A DNA stretch of 64,000 bases from Psammoneis japonica. Taxonomy: Eukaryota. Where the stretch lies: the NCBI GenBank assembly GCA_008632985.1, contig QPGO01000179.1:1-64000 (forward strand), in the 5' to 3' direction. A model generated the notes under the pieces. That model did no database searches and was not told the origin of the DNA. It worked only from the letters and a program-made list of their open reading frames with translations. The position numbers and the translations under genes are program-made. Shown piece after piece: positions 13,601 through 26,447 of this stretch; positions within the stretch are counted from its first letter, which is position 1; every line of letters starts with the position of its first letter.

Positions 13601-13899
13601 TGTTGACATGCCACGGTTGCTTGCAAGTCATTCTGGCGGTGCAGGTGCCGTGCACTTCAAATGCCGACGACCGCTGACACAATTTGATGGAGTCAGCACG
13701 ATGCATCAGGTGTGCAACAATGCATTCATTCCATGTGCAGCACTTCTGTGCTTTCTGACAATGCTCTTTTTTCTCTTTTGCATGCTTCAGGTGCTGAACA
13801 GTTCAAAACAATTTGAAAAGTCTTTTCAAAGAATGCACGTGACGACGGCTGCGCTGCTCTTCACTCTTCACGATGCTTGCCTGTCTTGTGCTCAACAAG

Positions 13900-14980
13900 T
13901 TCCGGCACAAGGCATGTGTGGCTGTTTGTTTTGTTCTCCCTCTTCCCTTCATTTCTGTTGTTCTGAGAGCTGCCAGTTCTTTTTTTGCCTGGTTCAGGTG
14001 CTGCTCCATTCACCATGCTAAATGCAACAATCAAAAATGCTGGTTGTCGGGATGAACGTGACGACCGCAACACCACTTTGCGATGCTCAAGGTGTGTGCG
14101 GCTGTTGCTTTAGTTCTCTCTTCTCCCTTTCTTTCTGTTGCTCGCATGACTTGTCATTTCTCCTCTTGCATGGTTCAGGTGCTGTGCAATTCATCATGTT
14201 GGAATGCAACAATGAAAAATGCTGGTGGCCCCACTTTGCGATGCTCAAGGTGCGCGCGGCTGTCACTTTAATTCCATCTGTGCCCTTCATTTCTGTGGCT
14301 TCCAAGACTTGCCATTTCTCCTCTTGCATGGTTCAGGTGTTGTGCAATTCATCATGTTGGAATGCAACAATGAAAAATGCTGTGGCTGTGATGGGCATGA
14401 CGACGTCAACACCATGCTCAAGGCACAAGCTGGCACAATTTTGATTCTCTCCATCCCTTTGTTTCTGCAGTGTTGCAGACTTGCTGCTCCACCTCTTGGG
14501 AGTGACTGCTTCTCCTCTTGCGTGGTTGACATGCAACAATCGAAAATGCTGGTGGTTGGGACAGGTGCGACGATGGCGACGTCGTGATGCTCAAGGCATG
14601 AGCGGACATTGTTTTGATTCTCAGACTCACTGCTCCACCTCGTGAGAGTCAATGCTTCTCCTCTTGCATGGTTGACATGCAACAATCAAAACCACTGGTG
14701 GTTGGGATGGGCATGATGACGGCGACCCCACTTCGTGATGCTCAAGGCACGAGAGCGCACATTGTTCGGATTCTCTCCACTCCCTTTGTTTCTGTGATGC
14801 TGTTCACTTGCTGCTTCACCTCTTGAGAGTCAACAGGACCTCACCTCTGCTCTTTCACAGTTCATTGCTGGTGGTCGGGATTTGGGATCAACGTGACAAC
14901 CGCCACACCTGCTTGCGACGCTCAGGGCATGTGCGGCTGTTGCTTTGATTCTCTCTGGTTCCTTTGTTTCTGTGTTTCTG
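13900..14980. repeat. degenerate tandem array of ~6 units of ~130-190 bp
   Basis: Recurrent TTCTCCTCTTGCATGGTT...ATGCAACAAT(G/C)AAAAATGCTGGT...GATGCTCAAGG. Confidence 0.8.
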
Positions 14981-17189
14981 TCATTTTGTTGCCACACACA
15001 GTTGTTTCATGGACTGCCATTGTCAAGCTGACGAATGTGGCATCTGTTCATCCGTTTCCAACTTTGTGTGGGCTCCCTCCAGAGTTCAGAGTTTTGCTTC
15101 TGCTTGTTTGCAAAAAGCACTTGATTTGTCCCACATGTGAGACCAAAGAGCAGTTCATCATGGTTGTAAAGAAAGTTGTTGTTGCCATGCCTCCCAGTGC
15201 AATGAGAGCCCACACCACACAGAGGCTTGGTGGTGGTGTGGGTGCTGCCGGCAGGGTGGAGCAGTGATGCGATTTTTTGCCATTGGCCACGACGACTGTG
15301 TTGTTGTCACCATCTCAATCTGCCAGGACCTGTTCCAACCTGTCTCTCTAAATGTTCATGCTGGCATCATCATGATCATGAACACCATCGTGTTCTGCAT
15401 CACTGTCGCCGCCGTGTCCCTCTTCCTCGGCCTCCACCATGTCCACCTGTGCAAAACACACTTCTGGCGGGTCGTCACCACCCACACCAACCACATCAGA
15501 GTGCACGACATCGTAATGTCTGCACACATGATAAAAACATGTTGCTGTGTTATAAAATCTGCTTGTCTGCACATGATGGTTTTTGTCATTTAGTTGATTG
15601 TCAATCTCCTGCTGTTCTTCATGTTTGAACACAGATGCTTTTTAATTTTTGTGCTCAGCCTTTTTCACAACTGCTGATGATCTTTAACGACAAGCCAAAC
15701 ATTGCAATTGCATGCAATGAAATTTTCATCATGCAAAGTGTGCGCCAATCATTTGGTCAATGACTGTGCTCCAATTGGCCTGTTCGTCCGCATCGTCCTC
15801 TTCATTCCACATGTCTTGTCCGCTCTCTTGCAAGAATTTCAAATGTGCGTGCCGCTGCTGCATTGGATGTTTCCTTGTCACCATTCCAAAAAAGCCACAC
15901 TGCATTTCTTGCATTTGGGTGAACATCATTGAGAGGAAGAGGTCCCTCGAAACGCAGAATCGTGTCGCTGCTCCCCTCTTGACGTCGTGTCGTCTGCTTC
16001 TTTTTCTCTTTCTTCATTTTTCCCGTCCCATTTTTCTCTTCCTTCTTCGTCTTGGCGCCACCTGTTTTCACCGTCTCCGGTGTCTTTCCAACCGAATCCT
16101 TCTTTTTCATCAATCCCGTCGCCGTCGCCTTCATCGTGTGTGACTTTGTTCTGGATCCATGTTTCTGACTTCTCTCTGTGCTGTCCCCATTTCCAAATGT
16201 TTCTTTGTGATTGTTCGCATGCGTCACTTGAAGGCACCCACGTGTTCTTTACGCACCTTAACGCGCATGCAGAGATCCATGTTGTTTTCCAGCACATGCA
16301 CCCTTTCTCCTGATGCTGTTCCACACAACATTTTCTTCCATCAATTCTGCACTCCGCATTGCCCTTTCCCGGTGTTGTCTCACGTGGGATTTCTCTGGGA
16401 GAAGTTGCGTGCGCGTCTGGCAGGTTTTTGTGTGTGAAACTCCAAATCCCACCAGGCACGCATGTGACTTCTCCCACGCACCACTCTGGCATGTTTCCAC
16501 AGAAACCAGAATTTGGTGACTGATGCACGACCAATCTGGTGAATGCAATGGCGGACCCACGACCACAACAATCAGAGCATTGGAAGAAAACCATGTCAGA
16601 TGAACTCTGTCCATCCGCTGCTCAGAATTTCCATCGCCGGATGATGGAGACAGTTGATGGTTTTGTTCATGCTGACGCTGCTCATTGTTTGGAGGACCAG
16701 AGAGCAAAGGATGCAAAGGCTGCTGTGTCAAGATCGGCAGAAGCAATGGCAGAAGCCCGTTGTGCTGCTGTGGCTGCAACAACTGCACTTGACAGTGCTT
16801 TGTTAAATCCAGCAACAACCGCTCACAAATTTGCGCACATCTGTGCGCAGTTGATTGAGTCATCAATCGAGACACACTGTTCAGACAACGACCACATTGT
16901 TGCAGTGGAAAATTGCAGCGAAGCGAAAATGAGTTTCCAGCACTTTCTTTGCGGCAACGCATTTGACGCAAAAGAATTGGGGCTCCCAATCTCCATTGCG
17001 GGACATCAAAAATCAGAGTTGAGGCTGCACATGCTGCACAGCTGTGACTCGACGTTGCTTCTGAGAAGCCTCAGGGCAAATTCTGACACAGATGCCAACA
17101 GAGCAGTGGAGAGGGAGCAATCTGCGATTGACAGCATCAACAAATCCATCCACCGCCGTGCCGTGCCACTCCTTTGAAGGCAACATGGT

Positions 17190-17953
17190 TTTGAAATTTT
17201 TGGTTTCTAGAGTGACAGGAATAGACTCGCTGGGTGGAAGAGGGAAATGCTTGGTTGAGGTGCACATCAACTCTTTTCTCCTTGGCAGAACTGCACCAAG
17301 CTCAATGTTGCTGTCACCAGTGTGCCTCTCAATGAAGTCAACAATGTGGTCGCACAATTCCAGGGGAGCACCGCGTGTGTCCATGAGCTTCTTGCACAAC
17401 TCTGCGCAAGCTCTGTCAAGATTTGTCAAAGAGGGAGTAGAAGCCAAGGCCTCTTCTGCAGGAGCGTCACACCTGCTCCCCAAATGTTGATCCTCATCGT
17501 CAATGTCCTCTTCCTCCTCCATTGTCACGTCCAACACTGCAGCAAAGGATTGACCACCGCCAACATCCAACTCGTTCATTGCCAAAAAAGTTCAGCTCCT
17601 TGCATGCTGTGGTTTGATGAAATGGAGGACATGTTGTCCACTCCGTGCGGCGCGTCATCCGGGGAGGGGAACAAGGGGCTGCTGCTCGGATCACTCGTTG
17701 AAGATCTTGGGAATCTGCTACGAGTTGATCGCCTGGGACAGGATTCGTCATCATCAGAGGACAAAGAGGAAGAACTGCCGCTTTCTTTGGGTGGCCCCTC
17801 TGTTGTGGCAGGAATGTCGCTTTGATCTGGGACCAGATCTTGGGTTTGCAACTCTTGGGCAACTGAGCAACACGTCGGTGAGCACCTCCAATGGCAGGCC
17901 ATTTGCAAAAAACTTTGGCCACAACCGGGACAGAGAAGAGGGGTTCCGTCCAT
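17190..17953 (-). pseudogene. N-terminal relic of a Plavaka-like transposase (Zn-finger, acidic tract, helical segment)
   Basis: CPGCGQSF...HW...C followed by LMDTRGAPLELCDHIVDFI...LPRRKEL...P..IPVTLE, resembling the APLxLYD N-terminus of Plavaka-type ORFs as I recall them. Catalytic core not seen. Confidence 0.5.
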
Positions 17954-18405
17954 TGCAAATCAGACAATGTTGACAGGGCCTTCATCAAGACTCATGCTCG
18001 TCATCCTTGTCTTGTGGATGAGAAGGGAAAAAAAGAACAACACGCAAAAAATGGCGGGAAATTGGCAAACATTGCATTGTCTTCCAGATTGGGATGATTC
18101 TCACAGGCATGATGCATCTGCATTTTGATTTTTTATCTGGCATCCACAACGAACATTGTGCTTTTTATTTGCTGTCAAAATGCAGGATGCCATCTCCATT
18201 GAAGCGCAATGACAGCCACATCAAAAAGCAAGTTGGGCCACTCATTGTCATGTGTGAACACATTTTCAAATTTCAACGTTGCTGACAACAATTTGTGCAA
18301 TGTCACAGAGAAAAATAGAGTGCCTGGCTGTCTCAACACGACCCAAATGATGGTTGCACTGTCGAACAGCACCGCTCCTCTCATTGTTGCCGTGAAAAGA
18401 TCAAG

Positions 18406-19620
18406 ATGTCGTCTTCAGCACAACCGGCAAAGAAGAGAAAGAAAAATGAGACTGTCAAGCCAATGAGCCCAAGACTTCAGGCAGTGTTGAAGAGACCAGG
18501 CACGCAGGCAGCGCATGGTGCATTGAAATCAGAAGCAGAGAAGGTGGCTGGAAATGATCTCTTTCCACAGGTGAAGTTTCTCAGTCCATCTGAATTGGCA
18601 AGCAATGGGAGCGTCTCAATGTTTGTCAAGAAACAGATTGCTGGTGGCAACATGGACACTTCAAATTGGTCAGGAACTTGGGAGGAATGGGCAAAAAAGG
18701 TGGCAAAAAGGCAAATTGACAATCGCAGAAACACGGTGTGTTCGGCTGTTGGGGCGGAGGCAATGGCACATGAGTCAAGTGGCCAATGTGTGTGATTCGA
18801 GAGTTGCGTGTGTCTCACAAGAAGATGATGGTGATGCTTTGTCCACTGGGCGTTGTCATCAAGGAAGAGGGAAAGGAAAAAGAAAAGAAACTCAAGGCGG
18901 CAGACAGGAGGAAAAAGAGGAAAAAGTCAAGCCATGACAAGAATGAAGAGAATGACATCCCGTTTGTGCCAACATGGGATCCGTTTGGCCTGGACGCTGT
19001 CACCGGCGGCAAACGAAGGAACAAGCAGGCACGCAAGTGGTTCTGTGATCACATCCTGCCTCAAACCAAGCAAAAGCAGGCGCGGAGCAGCGCCGTCAAA
19101 ACTGGGAACGCACAGGTCTCACAGTTGTTTGCGGTCGATGACGAAGCTTTGGCGCTGTCTGCTGTGGAGAATTGTTGGCAGGTGTGGGCACACAGGAACA
19201 AGGAGGAGGCGGTGGAAGAATTGGGTGAGGAAATGGAGCCCAAAGAAACAAGGCCTGCCCCTCGGTGCACGAAGCCAAAGAAACAACGACTGTCTTGGGG
19301 AGACGACGGAATCAATCGGTTCAACGATTTGTGCGAAGAGGTGACGAAAGACAGAGACTCCAAGGAGGGCAAGGAGTTTGAAAAGTGGCACGCAGAGATC
19401 AAGAAAAGCGAGCACGAGAAGTCCGGAGAAGCAAAAAAGAAGAAAAAGAAAGCACCGATGGGTGGTGCGGATGAGGTGAAGGCAATGAACAGCCTGATGG
19501 TGGAGAGCAGCAGGGACGACAATGGCAACGACGATGAGCAGGAGGAAGGCGCAAAAGGCAAAACGGACGATGGAGGAGACGAGTCCGATGGAGACGAGTC
19601 TGATGATGACCGTCAGCTTG
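18406..19620 (+). pseudogene. transposon accessory ORF relic (LFPxxKF...W...RN; DEAxALxxxENxW; RxT...SWxxxGIxRFN)
   Basis: ORFs 18406-18795 and 18786-19841. The motif order is conserved in the paralog at 31420-32590. Confidence 0.6.
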
Positions 19621-22229
19621 GTTTGAGAGAGTTGTGCAGCAAGAAAATGTGTGCACAGTTTGCATGGCACTCGGTCATTGCACTGCAGATGCAACAAGGG
19701 ATTGACTTAACCGATGAAATGCTTTTCTCGTTTAAGATGATGTTTACGAAAATTGACAAACCAAGGATTGTGTGGAAATGCAGTCGCGCACTGGCACATG
19801 GCAACAAGGTGGAGGCAGACACAGTGATGTGGACACAGTGAAAAACAGCGTGCACAATTCTTAACAAGTTGTTGCAACATTGGTGTGGCAAACTTGTGAC
19901 CAGAGGTTGGCCTTTCATTATATGACAACAATGTTTTGCAACATTTTGACAAATTGTCATCATGCAAATCCACACATTTTTGACATTTCGTGCACTCTGA
20001 TGCACCGTGCAGCCTGGAGGACTCAAGGATGAGCCTCCCACTTCTATCTCATCTGCCACACCTAGTTGCCATCGACACTGTAAAGTCGATGGTACGACGA
20101 GAAACAAACGTTTGTTGCTCTTGTCGAGCATTCTGTGGTTCTTTCGGCAACAAGCTCACGTGTTGATGTTGATTTGTCGTGAGTTGCGGTACAGCTTTTA
20201 CGGGCGCGAAGCGCGCATAAAAACCCGGGAAAATGCCCCCGAGTACCCCAGGCGTCACGCCCCTTCGCGTACAGTATTGATAACGGCAACGAACCAACTG
20301 TTCGGACCGTTGCAACTATTGATTCATCGATCAACGCTCCTGATAAAGGCGAAAAAGTGTTTACACGTCTTAGTGTTCCAATAAATTTTATTGCAGCTCA
20401 ACGGCCTTCGCCAAAGTGAAAAACGCGCGTCACACCCGGGTTTTTCGCGCGCCCTCACTGAACGATAGCCTTATAACATGCAACACAAAGTGAACAGCAG
20501 ATCGAAGATAAAGAACGGAATATCTGCAGAGAAGAAGGAATCGAGATTCTCTACAATAAGAGTCAACCGAGAATGGAGATTGAAGATGTGTATTTTATAT
20601 TGTCGAGTCGTCGTCGTCAGAGCATCCGGAGCTGACGCAATCGCAATCGGCTCGCATTCGAGACCACGAACGCATAGAGAAACTGGACGGGACTCTATTC
20701 CGATGGCGCATTCTTGGGAGGCAGGCAATATGTGAGCTTCGTACGGATCGCAAACCTCGAAACTTTTGGTACAGTTGGTCTGTTCAAGTGCTTGGCTTGT
20801 TCACGTACATGGTGACCGTCTCAGTGCCCTGGAGAATGGCCAACTTTTGGCACGCTGTTGGTTGCGGTTTACGGAAGAACACTCCAGGCCTCGATCTCTA
20901 TGCCCTACCCACCAAAGACATTTGGAACGTAAGTGTCTTCGAACTGACTTTCATTTCATCGTTTCTGCTCGTTTCGCAGACGACCATGACACCCGTCATG
21001 CCGGTAGGCCGGCAACAGGCAACAGGCGGTGCTAGATTTTGTCGCCGACACTTTTCCTACCAAATTTTCCAATAAAGTATGCTTTGTGTATTGTCCTGAT
21101 AAGTTTACACATGAAAAGAGAGGTGAGATGAACTCCAGAAATGAACAAAAACTGCCTTGTATGATTTTGCTGCACTTCACGCTTGTTGCTTGTTGCTCAC
21201 CGCTAGCGTTGCAATTTCTATTCTTTCTCGACAGATTCAATAGTGTAGAACCAACCCATTGCGTGGGGGTACATAATTATGTGGACAGCAAAGTTTCTTT
21301 CGTCTTAAGTGGTGTCACTCGATTTGGTTGAGGACATACAAGAGAGCCTTTCTACATTCTGCCCGTTACACAGAACACAGAGCGTCATGCTTTTTCGTCT
21401 TTCACGATGCCGTGAGTAGCACTCCCTCGTTAGGGGATCGAAAACTGGCAAAAGAGTGTGAAGAACATGAAAGGAAACGCAGTGGTATTAAGGTGGTCTG
21501 TCTGGCAGGTATGCTTGCGGTAGGAGCAACAGTGTCGTTTTGCTGGCGGTGCTCAGTTGTCATTTGCAGAGCTTCTCTGCCCACAAAAGGACTTGCAGTG
21601 GGCCCATCACCATATCCGGATGCTTATGATGTACGGGTGAGTCTCGTATTGCCTGAAGAGAGCATGGTTTGCGTCTACGGGTTGTTTCTGACTCGGTTCC
21701 CTATTGCTCCTCCTGTTTTATCGACACAGGCTTCAGCCTGCACTGTTCAGGGACATCGCTTGTACATGAAGGACAACTATTTGCTACGTGATGGGCAGTT
21801 TCTCCTCTAGCCTAGTCACCATATTTATTGTCCAAAGCCTTTTTGTCAGTGTCTTTGACTCTGACAACAAGGATGGTTACGGGCGCAGTAGGGCCTGTTA
21901 CATGCAATTGTATCTTCACCGTTGAACTCATTGTGGTGCTGTAATGGACGGTGATACAGTGACGGCGTCTCCTGAATACATTCGTCCTCCAGAAAAAGTC
22001 GTTGAGCGCCGCCTTCAAGCAAAGGAAGTGGACGAAGAGTAAGAGGAAGATGAAACGCACGAAAAGAGGCTGGACAGTGAGAAGAAGATATTCATAAACG
22101 AGAAGACAAATAGCGTGCCGTCGTTTTGGAAATGCTGGGGGACTTGCCATCTGCCGGTGAGTATGCACTTGCAAGCGTTCTACCACATTGCTGCTTGTTC
22201 TCTTATATGCACTGTGTTTCGTTTTACAG

Positions 22230-23938
22230 ATATCAAAGCTCCTGAGAAAATTGTGCTTGTTTGCAAATATTGAATCCAGCGACGAACTACCGGAACAGGC
22301 TGATTCGGGCCGTTCATGGATGCGCTGTGTGATTATTCAATTTTGCCGAGTCGGTTGTTACTGCCCTCATGGACCTTTTGGCCGCGGATAGTGCTATGCA
22401 GGTTGCTCTTTTTGTCAGAGCCATTGTGGAACAGTACCCCGCACTTTCGTCGAGGATATTTCTTCCAGCATGTCTCTGGATCTTGGGTGAATACTCGGAT
22501 ACGGAGGAAACCGATGTGGAGGCCTTTGAAACTACTTCCGATCAGTTAGGTCCGACCCCATTCTTGATCGCCAAGGAAGAGAATCATGAAAAAAGCACGA
22601 AGAAGGAGAGGCTCCCAAAACGATTTCTAAGAACGTTGTGTCGGCCGACGTTACTTATGCGACCCAAACCTCTACTCTGAAGCCTTTTTCCGGACGAGTC
22701 GGATAATACTCCTCATTTGCGCAAGATGGTGAGTGGCGACTTCTTTCTCGGGAAACATTATAGCGTCCTGCCTGACCAAGTTGTGTTTAAGGGCGACAGA
22801 TCAGCCTCAAATGGTTGCATTGGCGATTAAGAAAATGACGTCCGATACGCTGCTTATCATGTGCGGCGTAGTCGAAATGGCCGAGGCCAGCGTTTCTGGT
22901 AAGCGTCCCGCCGTAGCTGATTGTTTGGAACGCATTACACTATGCTGCCGTGCGCTTTTGGGCTCAAAGGCTTGTATTTTACTCAAGGATACTCCCCGGA
23001 ATTATCACAAAGAAAGTAACGTTTGCCCAGTTTCTCAAGACGCTCAGGGACGAAGAAACCACAGATGCTTCGGCCGACGACGAGGACTACGCAAGCAAGC
23101 TGGCCACGGGGCAGCTTGACGACTTGATCCACTTTCGTCAGCTGCGTTCCATGGCTGTTCAGGGTGGTGATGTCGACCTTGACGACTGAGACGATTCGGA
23201 ACGTGCCACTGGGTATGCCGATGCCAACGATTTGCTTAGTTCCGAACTCAATCATTTCTGCCAACTCAGTGGTTTAGCGGATAATGCTTGTGCGGAGGCC
23301 TTTGTCATGGTCCATGATTATGACATTGTCTTCGAGATTCTGGTCATCAATTGTACTCCCAACACACTAGCCAACTTGACGGTGGGGCTCGCAACGATGG
23401 GTGACATGAAGACTGTCGAACGCCCGCAGTCTCAAAATATTGGCCCTCTTGATCAGATAACGTTTCGCGCCTCCATCAAGGTGTCCTCCACCGAGCCGGG
23501 GCACATCTTTGGAACCATTGTCTACGAAGACACGGCGACACGAGAGAAGGGATGCATCAATCTCAATGATGTTCATTATGGATTACATCCGCCCCGCAAC
23601 TTGTACCGACAAAGCCTTTCGATCCACGAGAGCGTGCCCGCGTGTGGGATCAGTCCTTACGCGTACCTTTAGGCACTGGTAGTGTATCATGTCTATTTGC
23701 TGATACGACTCGAGTTTCGCAGTCTTTGAACCACCAACTAACACACTCGTGCTTTTTTTGTTCTTGTAGTGTCTTTGGCGAAGACGCCCTCTTACATGTT
23801 TCGGTCGAGAAGAAGGACGACAATGACGGCAAGTTGGCTGGGTACATACGGATTCGCTTCAAGACACAAGGGATTGCTCTTAGTTTGGGAGATCGCATCA
23901 CCAGCGTTCAGAGATCCATGCCTGAAGCCAAGCAGTAA
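22230..23938 (+). pseudogene. COPB1: coatomer beta subunit, C-terminal half; frameshifts, stops and internal deletions
   Basis: LWILGEY, TYATQT, GDFFLG...LTKL, IHFRQL, VHDYDIV, IKVSSTE.GHIFG.IVY, MDYIRPATC, SVFGEDAL, GYIRIR.KTQGIALSLGD spread over several frames. N-terminal half absent. Confidence 0.9.
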
Positions 23939-24911
23939 AACAAACGATCGGGATAGAGAACACCGAGTGTATTCTAAACTAAAAAATACCACTTCTTTAG
24001 CATTAACACTGCACGAACTAGCCCCACTGGTGTGTATTGATCCTACTCTCTATAGAGAGGCTTCTCTCCCTCGGTTTGATTTCCCGGGCTACTACTAGGG
24101 TCGATCGCTTCCTTGACGCCAATAGGGAACGGGCCTTACAAGGAAAAGAACCGTGAGGCTGGGCATTAGGCTGTGTGGCTCAAGCCGCCTCTACTACTAG
24201 CAAGATGTAGGGACCCATTTTTGAACAAGAAGATTGAAAAGCTACATGAATACGAATATCAAAGTTCTATACATTTATTCTAGACGCCACGGAATGTTAT
24301 CCTTCGTTTACTACCATTGAGAGGAGCCGCTATCCTTCTTGGCGCATAAACAAAGTTATTCCGTGACGCCAATACTTACCTAACTATCCGTTCTTCTACA
24401 ATTCATTCTCCACGTCCGAAATAAGTAAGGGTTTGGTTCATTGACTACCGCGGGTCTTGAACAAATACTGAGTCGTCGTTTCGCATTGAAGCACCAATCA
24501 TGCCTGGTACACATTTTGTTCCGGAAAACATAAGTTGCGGGGCGGGACCCACGGTTACTTGAACCTTAGTATTTCAACAAAGACTGTCTGTCGTATCGTT
24601 TCTAGTCGGGTGGTCGAACCGGGTAAAGGGTGTATTTCTATGTTGTGAAATGAAAACAAAAAGCAAGGTTAGAAAACAAGTCTCAATGGAAAATGGAGAG
24701 GAGGCACGAACTTTACTTACATTGGGGGTGCATTCGAATGTAACGTGATATAACGAGTGCACCCCATGGTTTTATGAATTGCACGACAAACTCGTACAAT
24801 GTTGGCGAGTCTTTGATGCGCATAAAAGTTGTATTGTACCGTGAAATGGAATCAAGAGATGCCCCCATGCATGCTCGATTTCCAAGGATACAAAAGAAGC
24901 AGATAATGAGT

Positions 24912-26447
24912 CTAGCGGCGACTCATGATCCTTGCGGATCTACGCACGACACGCCCAGTATTAGACGAAAGAAAGACACTGCCAGCGGCTTGACGGAGCC
25001 TAGGCGAGCGTCTCAATTGGCCAGTGTGGGCTTGCTTTTCCTTGTTTCTCACAAGTACAGCATCAGGAACAGCATCCTCCTCTGCCACTGGATTGTTGTC
25101 GGCAGCCATATCGTGAAGGTCGAAAGTATCGTCAGGCTCTTCGGCTACAGCTCCAAGAACAACTTCCTCGTCGTGTACAGCAATCACGGGATCGTCCGTA
25201 GCGTCAGCAACAGCAGGTTCCCCAACGTCAGCAACGGGAACGCCCACCTCCGCATTGACTGGAGCATCGTCAATAGCCACAGCAGGATGGTCCACGGCTT
25301 CAAAAACAGGTTCCTTTACTACAGCAACAGGAACGCCCACCTCCGCATCGTCTGGTGCGTCGTCAACAGTCGCAGCAGGCTCGTTCAAGGCTTCCCAAGG
25401 CTCTTCAACAACATCAGGAACTGCTTCCTCCACAGCATTTAGATTGTTGTCCGTATCCTCAGCCGGTTCCATATCCAAAATATCCGAGGCATCGTCAGCA
25501 ATGGGGTTGTTGTCCGTAGCATCAGCGGGTCCAATGGCAGCTAGAGTCCGCACCCAGCCACGCCAGTGATCACACGAAAGATCAGAGTCCCAGCAATGAA
25601 TACTTTCTTCTTGACCCGCATCAAATTCAAGCATCACCACAGCCAACTGCTCATCATTCAATACGGGTATCACACGGGTGTAACGTGCACGTCGAAGAAC
25701 GCGTTTGGCAGGCACACGGGTTGGGACTGGAGGAATGTCACCAACGAGAAAGTCTTGAATCACATCTCGGTCGGGTTTCCACCTGACATGCCTTTCTACT
25801 GGATCAGCAAGAGCCTCGGCCGGTTCCATGGCCGCTGGAGTCCGCACCCAGCCACGCCAGTGATCATACCTTGGATCCGTACGATACTCACGAATGTATC
25901 GGTCTTGCTTCCAGTCAAACTCAAGCAGTGCAGCAGCCAATTGCTGATCATTCAGGACGGGAATGACACGGGTGTATCGAGGGATCCGAAGACATCGTGG
26001 AGCGGCCACGCCGGTAGGGACTGGAGGAGCGTCACCAACGTAACGGTTCTTCAGCAACATTCGGTCCGGTTTCCATCTGATGCGCCCACGACCAACTAGT
26101 TTGCGCTTCAACAGCAGCAACCATGGGAACAGAAATCGCAAGGGAACGTAGATGAAGTAGGAGAACCAATACATGGTCCATACAATCAATGCAACCGCGA
26201 GAGTAACCGCAACAGCATCGCACGCTCGATCCCAAAGAAGAGTGGTAAGGTCGTCGATTTCCATAATCCGGTAGTACAAGAAATAGACCTTATCACCAAT
26301 CAACTTCAACGAGGAGTGTATGAATATCCCAGCATACAAGGCAAGGAGAACTTGCCAGATCGCAACGACAAAGGACACGACAGCGTGAATCACGCTTTTT
26401 AAGTTTTGACGGGATGTTGCGGCACGTTTGCGTTCGGTTAGTCGCAT
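24912..26447 (-). CDS. hypothetical 511-aa protein: hydrophobic N-terminus, 2x ~98-aa repeat, acidic Ala/Asp/Pro/Val repeats, basic LRRSPRL...RRSARI tail
   Basis: Uninterrupted ORF with normal TpA content and a 294-bp-period internal duplication (25545 vs 25839). Confidence 0.6.
   Translation of the reverse strand: MRLTERKRAATSRQNLKSVIHAVVSFVVAIWQVLLALYAGIFIHSSLKLIGDKVYFLYYRIMEIDDLTTLLWDRACDAVAVTLAVALIVWTMYWFSYFIYVPLRFLFPWLLLLKRKLVGRGRIRWKPDRMLLKNRYVGDAPPVPTGVAAPRCLRIPRYTRVIPVLNDQQLAAALLEFDWKQDRYIREYRTDPRYDHWRGWVRTPAAMEPAEALADPVERHVRWKPDRDVIQDFLVGDIPPVPTRVPAKRVLRRARYTRVIPVLNDEQLAVVMLEFDAGQEESIHCWDSDLSCDHWRGWVRTLAAIGPADATDNNPIADDASDILDMEPAEDTDNNLNAVEEAVPDVVEEPWEALNEPAATVDDAPDDAEVGVPVAVVKEPVFEAVDHPAVAIDDAPVNAEVGVPVADVGEPAVADATDDPVIAVHDEEVVLGAVAEEPDDTFDLHDMAADNNPVAEEDAVPDAVLVRNKEKQAHTGQLRRSPRLRQAAGSVFLSSNTGRVVRRSARIMSRR

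Larger units (their letters stand above)
7700..19900. other. heavily TpA- (and CpG-) depleted, TG/CA-rich domain of decayed repeats and unidentified coding relics
   Basis: TA is almost absent for 12 kb; most survivors are TTAA/CTAA/TTAG/GTAA-type. ORFs in all frames are Tyr-poor and Cys/His-rich. Confidence 0.9.
13249..20467. mobile_element. ~7.2-kb TIR DNA transposon, Plavaka-like, internally rearranged
   Basis: Inverted termini TGTCATTCAGTGAGGGCGC (13249-13267) and GCGCCCTCACTGAACGATA (20449-20467). Subterminal GTCACACCCGGG-type motifs occur at both ends. Contains divergent transposase-like and accessory gene relics. Confidence 0.65.

Noticed and set aside
13900..14980. CRISPR array (also considered for 39370-39650 and 42416-42877)
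   Set aside because: Eukaryotic context, degenerate long units without unique spacers, and no cas genes.
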